A stretch of 64,000 bases of DNA from an uncultured Planctomycetota bacterium. Lineage in GTDB: Bacteria > Planctomycetota > Planctomycetia > Isosphaerales > Isosphaeraceae. A program made the translations under genes and the position numbers. The stretch lies in the NCBI GenBank assembly GCA_963823665.1, contig CAWGMQ010000005.1, positions 1,280,001 through 1,344,000 of the forward strand, in the 5' to 3' direction. Positions 20,701-27,522 of the stretch are shown piece after piece. Position 1 is the first letter of the stretch. Each line of letters opens with the position of its first letter. The notes under the pieces were generated by a model. It was given only the letters and a program-made list of their open reading frames with translations, had not been told where the DNA came from and did not search any database.

Positions 20701-21238
20701 CTTGGATCACTGCGGCAAGGGTCTGGCCCTCGATGAGCTGCATGGCATAGTAGTGCACGCCCCGTTCGCAGCCGACAGAGAAGATCGGCACGATGTTGGT
20801 GTGGTGCAGTTGCGCGGCGGCCTGCGCCTCGATCTGGAACCGCCGCAATTGATGAGGATCGAGCGCGGCGGCGAACGGCAGGACCTTTAGCGCCACCGGG
20901 CGGCGGAGCGAGGTCTGCTCGGCCTTGAAGACAATTCCCATCGCGCCGCGGCCTATCATTCCGAGGATACGGAAATCTCCCAGTTGGGTGTCGACGGCCG
21001 GATCAATGATGGCCTCGGCATCGACCCGGGACTCGACCTGGCTGGCCAACCTTAATACCGAGAGGCAGGCCCGCAGCCGGTCGGCAATTTCCGGGTGGGC
21101 GGCTGTCAGGGCATCGGGGTCGACAACCGCGCCGGCCTCGACGGCAGCGAGGTAGTCGTCGAGGAGACGCGCCAGCTCAGATTGCCGCGATGCGTCCGGA
21201 TCGACACCATTGGTGGCCGGGAGGGTCCTCGAACTCAT
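17738..21238 (-). CDS. Ser/Thr protein kinase with TM segment and C-terminal WD40 repeats
   Basis: GRGAMGIVF, VALKVL, HRDIKPANLL, DFGLA, GTLRYMSPEQ; hydrophobic LVASILVVAILALV; many GH...FSPDG..LAS...DGTVRLWD repeats. Confidence 0.97.
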   Translation of the reverse strand: MSSRTLPATNGVDPDASRQSELARLLDDYLAAVEAGAVVDPDALTAAHPEIADRLRACLSVLRLASQVESRVDAEAIIDPAVDTQLGDFRILGMIGRGAMGIVFKAEQTSLRRPVALKVLPFAAALDPHQLRRFQIEAQAAAQLHHTNIVPIFSVGCERGVHYYAMQLIEGQTLAAVIQDLRQISGLGAEPADAPTVAGVSLAQEFVSGRLDPAPALDSAEEPAGESRARGNPSRRTTGQRVHEWSVTGRSSRSAPARNPAYFRTIANLGLQAAEALDHAHRLGTIHRDIKPANLLVDVRGNLWITDFGLARMQADSGLTMTGDVLGTLRYMSPEQSAARRGIVDHRADVYSLGATLYELLTLHPAHDGRDRAELLHRIAFGEPKAPRAHNPAIPRDLETIVLKALARDVANRYATAQKLADDLRRFIDHRPILARRPSPWKRAEKWARRHRGLVASILVVAILALVSATIVATLTRSNERLNRGKRQAEYVHNLRQAFHLIRHDDLPGAARLLDRHLPAPGQTDNRGFPWYYLTRLSQLQPRTFPGHVGEVYHVEFSPDGRTLASCGQDGTVRLWNAATGQLERILRGHDGDVNYVVFSPDGRSLATGGDDGTVRLWDVDSDKPRTTLGKHADWVNCVLFTPDGRRLISGARDKQVKIWDIPSAREQASLPTPGEIEALALSRDGRTLLTAGWDHSVRLWDLATLREKLSLPGLARIQSMSLSHDGLTVATADVESMIRVWDTVSGRLKASLSGHTAGLERVAFSPDDRLLASCGGDGTVRLWDLATGRFRKIWSGPRSRVWCVAFSSDGHTLAFSTESGRIELTDLSTGHGMVSIPIPGISIRSMAYPGAGERVTVFSVDNTDGIVTVLDPDGREVVHQRRIRAPGGIFHGALSPDGKRLVTVDGNQMVTLRDAEDGYPLKSLAVSGVVYAGPPRVGWGDVAFSQDGRFLAVTRTIDPSAVLWDTESEVVREFPSHDFNRVRFLVGGDGILFHNSNGLFRVNLMAAGFPASRIVGCVELQGLALSADGRMMATGEGNGMIKLSDVRSLEHEATLLGHSEKVTSLALSEDGTTLASTSLDRTVRLWDVATRQELGVIDEDAAPDLKLQFAPDGSYLAGYGGEPYPEVVLWPASPVTKNRAAHAQPDRAVCPVPDRPRKVRKNTYR

Positions 21239-21843
21239 GATTGGTCCTCCAGCAACCGATTCAGCCGCTCCAGGGCCCTGGCCCAGAGCATGCGTACGGC
21301 ACCGACGGAGCGGCCCATCCGGACGGCGACCTGGTCGAACGGGACGTGTTCAAGGGTACGCAGGACGAAGACTTCCCGATAGTCGGGCGGGAGTTGAGCC
21401 ACCGCGTCGGCGAGCAGGACGGCGCGCTCACGGCGAGAGGCTCGCTCGCTGGGCGACGCCGCGTGCGAAGCGAGTGCGCGTTGGATGGCCTCGTCCGAGC
21501 GATCGATGAGCAGGTCGAGCGATTCCTGGCGCTGGTGGTCGCGGCCCATGCGGCGGTGGTGCTTGACCTGGTCGGCCAGGGTGCGAGCCAGGATGCGCCG
21601 GAGCCACGCGACGAGCTCGGGCTCGGCTTGGCCCTGGAAGTTGGCAAAGTCGCGATGGGCTTTCAGGAAGGTCTCCTGCACCAGGTCCGACGGCTCTAGC
21701 TTTACTCGCAGGGCGGGACCAATTAGCGAGCGCGTCACGAGCTTCAAATAGTTGCGATAGAGCTCGAGCAGCCGGCCGAGCGCCGACGGGTCGCCTGCGC
21801 GGGCCTGGGCAATCAATCGATCGGGGATTACTTCGCTTGTCAC
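21235..21843 (-). CDS. ECF sigma-70 factor, planctomycete kinase-associated type
   Basis: LGRLLELYRNYL, SDLVQETFLKAHRDF, WLRRIL, LPPDYREVFVLR, AVRMLWARAL. Stop overlaps the kinase start (ATGA). GTG 21843 follows GGAGG. Confidence 0.95.
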   Translation of the reverse strand: MTSEVIPDRLIAQARAGDPSALGRLLELYRNYLKLVTRSLIGPALRVKLEPSDLVQETFLKAHRDFANFQGQAEPELVAWLRRILARTLADQVKHHRRMGRDHQRQESLDLLIDRSDEAIQRALASHAASPSERASRRERAVLLADAVAQLPPDYREVFVLRTLEHVPFDQVAVRMGRSVGAVRMLWARALERLNRLLEDQS

Positions 21844-22406
21844 CAACGGACCTCCGCCTGCGCAGATGCACTGCGACTCTCCATGCTGCGGTCCCCCCAT
21901 CATGATAGACGACACTGCGGCGGGATTCGCACGCAATCGGGGTTGAAATCTTCCTATCGCGTTCGCCGATCATCGGTTCCGCGAGCGGTCCAATCTTTGA
22001 CCTTTCGGGGCCGGCGTCATCAATACAGAGTTTCGCGAGTTCCTCCAAGGAACGGGCTGTCCCCCCGCGATCATCACCCAAGTCGGCTACTGAGCATCAA
22101 GCGACTCGATACACAGTTCGCGACCAGCGAGCTAGTCAGATGGCGCGTCGACGGTCGGGAAAAGTACGCTCGATGGACTGTTTGAGCAAGACCGCGATCA
22201 CGCCGGGTGGTGCCGTTCCGCCAACTGCGCTTCGAGCCATTTCGAACAGGAAAGCCCCGAACAACTCGCGCTCCTGCCGCATCGCGATCCGTTGGCGGGG
22301 TTGTCGGTCAGCTCGAGACCGCGCGGAGCAGAACCTGCAGGTTCTTAGCTCAACGAGCCGATTGACACCGGGGTGGAAGTCACATAAAACAGCGCAACGT
22401 CGCGGT

Positions 22407-22691
22407 TCATTTCGGCTTTGGAGCAGCGGGCGCGTCGGGGAGCCAGGGGCGGGATGCCATAGCAGCATACTTGCGGGCGCGGTTGGCGTGATACACCGCG
22501 GCGGCCGGGCTGCCTCCTAGCCCGCGAGGTCTGCGAAAGTGCTGCGCGATCAGCTCTTCGCGTGTTGCCATCGCCCGGTATATGTCACGCCTTCGCTTTA
22601 GCCGCCCTACGTCGCGATAGCCGCTGAGCGCGAGCGAAAGCAACGCCACAGCGACCATCCAGCGCCGAGTCGACATCCGTGGCGCTCGCAA
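22407..22691 (-). CDS. Small membrane-anchored protein of an Isosphaeraceae-type family
   Basis: AGGAGG then TTG; PRMSTRRWMVAVALL N-terminal anchor; C-terminal YHANRARKYAAMASRPWLPDAPAAPKP motif. Confidence 0.75.
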   Translation of the reverse strand: MRAPRMSTRRWMVAVALLSLALSGYRDVGRLKRRRDIYRAMATREELIAQHFRRPRGLGGSPAAAVYHANRARKYAAMASRPWLPDAPAAPKPK

Positions 22692-22963
22692 GATTACCTC
22701 CTGAATGGGCCGGTTACAGGATCGCCAACTGTACCTTGCTTCTGGACTGGAGACGAAGTGGAAAGTCTCAGCGATACTTCACAGTTTTCACTTTTTGGGC
22801 CTGGGACGGGCGAGGTATGCCCGTTCTTCCCCGCTGTCGACTTGGAAGCTACGCTAAGGGCCCTCGGGTAAGCGACCCATCGCAGATTTGTGAACTCGTC
22901 GATCCGCCTGGTGCTGAGAACAACAGCCTCTTCCGCGATCTGCACGTCTCGTCGAGCCCTTAG

Positions 22964-24629
22964 TTCAGGTTTCGCACATTTCGCAGGCATTGGCCGCGTA
23001 TACGTTGATGCGTGATTCGGCCGCGTCGCGACCTGTTCCGCGCCGGAAGGCGAGAGCCGCGTCGCGACAATTGATGTCGGCTTCCTTGCACACGTATGGC
23101 ATCCTGTCTGGGGCTTACAAACCAAATAGGCACCCAGGCAAGGAAGCCGACCAATGGAACTTACCGCTTCGTTCACTGAGCTGCTACATCAATTCGCCGA
23201 TGTCTTCACGACCCCAACCTTCCTGACCTTCGTTGAAATCGTCACGGGTTGGTTGCTTTCGCACCGTCATCGTTACGTGACCGAGCTCATCTTTGCCAGC
23301 GGTAACATTGGCAACGGCCATTGGTGTCGGTTCCATCGCTTCTTCAGTCATGCCGCGTGGGACCCCGATCACTTCGCCTTGTGCTTGGCCAAACTGGTCG
23401 GCTCAATCCTGGCGCCTGGTGCTACCCTGTATTGGGCCGTCGATGACACGCTCTGCCGTAAACGAGGATTGACTCTCTACGGCGCGGGCATGCACTACGA
23501 TCCGCTGATCTCCAGTCGCGCCAAGTCGCTGGTCAGTTGGGGCCACGACTGGGTCGTGCTTTGCCTGATCGTCGTGAACCCGTTTTGGGCACCCACCAAG
23601 GTCTTCGCCTTGCCAATCACCATGCGTCTGTACCGCAATCGGCAAGGACTCACCAAGGGGAAGAAGGGTCGGGGTAAAGGTTGCAAACCCAATCCTGATC
23701 ATCGCACTCGCCCTGAACTGGCTCGCGAGCTCATCCACTTGGTAGCTCAGTGGTATCCTGACGATGAGATCTTTCTTACCGGCGACAGCGCCTATGGGGG
23801 CAAGAGCATCCTGTCGCATCTGCCGACGAACGTTCATCTCATCAGCCATGTCCATCCCAAGGGTGCGCTTTACGAGCGTGCCCCCGTCGAGAAGAAAGGA
23901 CGCAAAGGAGCGCCTCGAAAAAAAGGTGCCCGTCTGCCGAGCATGGCCCAGTGGGCCAATGATCCCAGCCAACCTTGGACTGAACTTAAATTCAACCAGT
24001 TCGGGTTGCATGCCAGGCTCGCCGTCAAAACGATCAAGGCCCTCTACTACAAGGCAGGTGGAGACCGCGAGCTGACGATCGTCTTGGTACATGATCTGGA
24101 AGGGAAACGCCCCGATCAGATGTTCTACTGCACCAAGCTTGATTGGAGCGCGCGGCAAATTCTGACGGTGTACTCCTATCGCTGGGCGATTGAATGCACC
24201 TTCGAGAATTGCAAACAGTTCCTGGGGCTCGAAGACCCAGCGAATCGTCTGCCGAAGGCGGTCGGGCGTACCGCGCCCATGGCGCTGATGCTCTACAGCT
24301 TGGTGATAGTGTGGTTCCACCAGACCGGACATCGATTCGTCCGATTTCCCATCCGCCCGTGGTATCAACGGAAGCAAGAACCCTCGTTTGCTGATCTATT
24401 GACCACACTGCGCCGTGTTAGCCTTGAAGAAAAAACTCGCGCAGTGCTTTTAGATCAGCGCGCTATAAAAACCTGGCTTGCGCAGGTCACCGATCTTCTC
24501 AGCCGAGTGGCGTGATCGGCGTCGACCAGGCTAACTGAAGCTGCACCCGCTCCGTCGCGAGCAACCGAGTGACACGAAAATGCCGGCTCGGCCGATCGCA
24601 AAGCGCCTTCAGAATGTGCGAAACCTGAA
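22964..24629 (+). mobile_element. Complete IS701-family insertion sequence (1666 bp)
   Basis: Perfect 17-bp TIRs TTCAGGTTTCGCACATT (22964-22980) and AATGTGCGAAACCTGAA (24613-24629), flanked by direct repeat CTTAG (22959-22963, 24630-24634). Confidence 0.9.
23154..24515 (+). CDS. IS701-family DDE transposase
   Basis: RFHRFFSHAAW, WAVDDTLCRKRG, GDSAYG, YSYRWAIECTFENCKQFLG; 453 aa, intact. Confidence 0.93.
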   Translation: MELTASFTELLHQFADVFTTPTFLTFVEIVTGWLLSHRHRYVTELIFASGNIGNGHWCRFHRFFSHAAWDPDHFALCLAKLVGSILAPGATLYWAVDDTLCRKRGLTLYGAGMHYDPLISSRAKSLVSWGHDWVVLCLIVVNPFWAPTKVFALPITMRLYRNRQGLTKGKKGRGKGCKPNPDHRTRPELARELIHLVAQWYPDDEIFLTGDSAYGGKSILSHLPTNVHLISHVHPKGALYERAPVEKKGRKGAPRKKGARLPSMAQWANDPSQPWTELKFNQFGLHARLAVKTIKALYYKAGGDRELTIVLVHDLEGKRPDQMFYCTKLDWSARQILTVYSYRWAIECTFENCKQFLGLEDPANRLPKAVGRTAPMALMLYSLVIVWFHQTGHRFVRFPIRPWYQRKQEPSFADLLTTLRRVSLEEKTRAVLLDQRAIKTWLAQVTDLLSRVA

Positions 24630-24852
24630 CTTAGCAGTCTTGCCTCGAATTCTGCTCCCGCACCCATCTCCCGCGTCAGTGTCAGCAGAGCCTGCCTCCC
24701 GGACTTGGCCTCCACCACCGGTTCGCAGCCGGGCGGGCTGGTACCTGGAGCGCTCGTCTCGCTGACGGCGCCCCGGCCAGTTCCGGCAGTCGATGTCAGG
24801 TGTTCGGCCATGGCATTCCCTTTCCCGGTCTGCCCTCGATGCCAACCGGATG

Positions 24853-25287
24853 CTATGCGCCCGAAATCGTGTAACGATGGCCTTGGCCGAGCATGCAGAC
24901 CAGATTTTGCGGCCGGTCGATAATCACGGCAAACAGGTTCGTAATGTCGCGACCAAGAACGCTCATATCGAGCGCAGCAGGATCCGTAACGGCCGCGAAT
25001 TGCCCGTTGAACAGGACCGTGGTTCCCGTTTCACGCTGCAAACGAATCGCGGTTGTCACACTTACCGAGGAAACCCTCCCACCTACTCCCTCGAGATGCT
25101 GGCCCGAAGGTTGGCTAGGCAGGCCGAGCGCTCGCCAGAGATCCTCACTCAGTACGGTGCGATCGGCGGCCACGTCGGCCAGGACGACTGCCGGAACCCA
25201 GGCGCCGTTCTTGGCTCGGACCGCTGCACTGAAAACCGGTCGGACGACGCCATCGTCGCAGAGGCGCCACGAGCCATCAAAACGCAT
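24853..25287 (-). CDS. Retropepsin-like aspartyl protease family protein
   Basis: MRFDGSW...LADVAADRTVL (DTGA-like), GVGG flap, SVLGRD. Start overlaps the upstream gene. Confidence 0.7.
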   Translation of the reverse strand: MRFDGSWRLCDDGVVRPVFSAAVRAKNGAWVPAVVLADVAADRTVLSEDLWRALGLPSQPSGQHLEGVGGRVSSVSVTTAIRLQRETGTTVLFNGQFAAVTDPAALDMSVLGRDITNLFAVIIDRPQNLVCMLGQGHRYTISGA

Positions 25288-25570
25288 AAATTCGAGCCCC
25301 TCGCTCCTTGGGGATGATGCGCGTGACGCGCCCATCGTCCTCGGGATGAGCCGCCCGAGCCTTGGCCAGCACCTCTTCGGTGTTGTTCCCCACAAAGAGT
25401 TCCTGACCGGCAACGCAAATCACTCTGTCACGGTGGCGATACACCTCCTCGGCATGGGCCTCTAGCCAGGCCCAGTTCCGCTCAAAGCGCTCGCGCTGGG
25501 CCTGCGCTGTGCGAACTGCTGCCGGATCTTGGTCCTCTTCGATCACGATCTTGGAACTCAGTTCAATCAT
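25277..25570 (-). CDS. DUF5678-like small protein
   Basis: GGAGG RBS; NWAWLEAHAEEVYRHRDRVICVAGQELFVG...ARAAHP; coupled to the aspartyl protease gene. Confidence 0.65.
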   Translation of the reverse strand: MIELSSKIVIEEDQDPAAVRTAQAQRERFERNWAWLEAHAEEVYRHRDRVICVAGQELFVGNNTEEVLAKARAAHPEDDGRVTRIIPKERGARIYAF

Positions 25571-25604
25571 TCTAGCCTCCTTTGGGACGAATCCTCCATT
25601 ACAA

Positions 25605-25955
25605 TCATAGCAAGCCCCGCCCGTGAGGGGACGCGGAGTTAGCGCCGTTCTTTCCCCGGTTCGGTCCGTTTGTCCCCACTTGAAGGGCCGCCGGCCATCT
25701 TCGCTTCTCAACCAGATCCCGCGATCCGAAGACAAAGACAGGCAAGAAGTAAGCCCAGCCGAACAGGGCGAATCCCCGCCAGGCTCCGGACCGGGACCTA
25801 CGGACCACCGCGCCTACGGTCGCCAGGACCAGGATGCCGTAAGTACCATAGATAGTTGCATTGGCGAGGGTGGGTGAGGCGATGCGCACGGCGGCGAGTG
25901 CCAAGGCGATAAGCCCGACAGCCAGCAAAGTGCTCGCGAGGCTCCAATGACGCAT
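25605..25955 (-). pseudogene. N-terminal part of a multi-TM Isosphaeraceae-type membrane protein
   Basis: AGGAGG then ATG; MRHWSLASTLL...ATVGAVV...AWRGFALFGWAY, after which the sequence loses family-like character. Confidence 0.55.
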
Positions 25956-26097
25956 AACGCCTCCTGCAAGTGGCAAGTCTGGTTTCTGAATCATCGAGTG
26001 CGGTTTGACGCACGGCCGAGACCCAGGTGGAAAGTCTCAACGATAGTCCAGTCTTAGCATAATCTTGCGGGCGAACTTTTCGCCGCAGCGCCGCGGG

Positions 26098-26307
26098 TTA
26101 GGCCATCCTCTCTGATGGCGACGCTGCCGCGCCGGGGGCGGGGATGGACGGGCCCAAGTCATCGCGGTTGGATCGAGGCCGGATATGGTCGAGCAACCTC
26201 GCCAGTACGCCGCCGACGCACGCCGCCAGTAGGCTGAGCCAGATGTGGCAGACCTGTACCAGCGAGTACGACACCAGCCCCATCAGAGACAAGCGAGGTC
26301 GATCCAT
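26098..26307 (-). pseudogene. C-terminal fragment of the same membrane protein family
   Basis: QVCHIWLSLLAACVGGVLARLL resembles the terminal TM helix of that family; no N-terminal part present. Confidence 0.4.
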
Positions 26308-26323
26308 GAGCTAGCCTTCGGAG

Positions 26324-27427
26324 TCAATGTCGGATCAGTGAGTTCGGTAGCGATTGCTGAAGTTCTGTCGCTCCTTTGTCCGAAAGCAGGGTCCCAGCGA
26401 GATCCAAGTCCAGGAGTCCGGTCAGTCGCCCAAGGTTGCCTACCGAGGCATCCGTCACAGGCGTGTTTCTGAGGACGAGTCGCTCAATCCGCAACAACCC
26501 GACAAGGTGAACCAAACCCGCGCCCGCGATCCGGGTATCGCCGAGGTCGAGGGTCTCCAATTCGGCTAGCTCCGCGAGATGAAGTAGCCCCGCGTCAGTC
26601 ACACGTGTGTTGCGCAAGCCCAGCATTTCCAGACCGTGCAGCCCTCTCAGGTGGGCCAGTCCGTCGTCGCCGATCCTCGTCCCGCCCAGGGTCAGTTTGC
26701 GGAGCATGATCAGCCCTTCCAGCTCAGCGAGGCCCGTGTCAGTCACTTGGGTGTAGCGGAGCCCCAACTCGGTCAAACCCGTCAGCTTCTTCACGTGTAG
26801 CAGTCCAGCGTCGCCGATGCCGGTGTTTCCGAGATGCAATGTCTTGAGATTCCTCAGGCCGACGAGATAAGACAGCCCCGCATCGGTCGCGCGCGTCTCC
26901 ATGAGACTGAGCTCCTGGAGCTGGGTCAGACCCTCCAGCTCTGCCAGGCCGGCGTCGGTCACGCGCGAACCGTCGAGGATGAGCTCCCGGAGTGTGGCAA
27001 GTTTTGCTGCGGGGACGAGCTCAGCATCACCACCGGCCTGAGCCAGGGAGACCCGAACAACGCCACCGAAGTAATCGACGCCAACGAGATTAACGATCCA
27101 CTCCGGCCAGGGAGGACGCCCGTTGAGAATGGGCTTGCCGTTACGCCACTGCCATTGATACCAGACGCTACCGCCGGCCGCCTCGATCGCTGCGACTGCA
27201 TCGCGCTGTACACGGGCACTGTAGACGATCCATCCGAGCGTGCCACCGATCAGGAGCACGAAAATCATGAGCGACCGCAAACTGAACCTTATTCGAGGCC
27301 GATGCCACCAGGATCGGCGCGAAAAAGGGTCGGGCATGGGGGCGTTCTCGGCGATTGGGTTTGAGGGGGTTCGTCGGTTCTCAGTTCTCGATGTCGTCGC
27401 TGTTGCCCCGATCGCAGCGTATCTCAC
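26324..27427 (-). CDS. Membrane-anchored leucine-rich repeat protein
   Basis: RFSLRSLMIFVLLIGG anchor; about ten 24-aa repeats L..L.L.GT.VTDAGL..L..L. Alternative start at ATG 27337. Confidence 0.93.
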   Translation of the reverse strand: MRYAAIGATATTSRTENRRTPSNPIAENAPMPDPFSRRSWWHRPRIRFSLRSLMIFVLLIGGTLGWIVYSARVQRDAVAAIEAAGGSVWYQWQWRNGKPILNGRPPWPEWIVNLVGVDYFGGVVRVSLAQAGGDAELVPAAKLATLRELILDGSRVTDAGLAELEGLTQLQELSLMETRATDAGLSYLVGLRNLKTLHLGNTGIGDAGLLHVKKLTGLTELGLRYTQVTDTGLAELEGLIMLRKLTLGGTRIGDDGLAHLRGLHGLEMLGLRNTRVTDAGLLHLAELAELETLDLGDTRIAGAGLVHLVGLLRIERLVLRNTPVTDASVGNLGRLTGLLDLDLAGTLLSDKGATELQQSLPNSLIRH

Positions 27428-27522
27428 CGTCTCATACCGCTGCTAGTGACCCGTGTATCGAGGAGTCGCAACTCTTATATGAGGCTGCGTCGATGCTCGT
27501 CGGACCCGCCCAAAGCCAGCCG

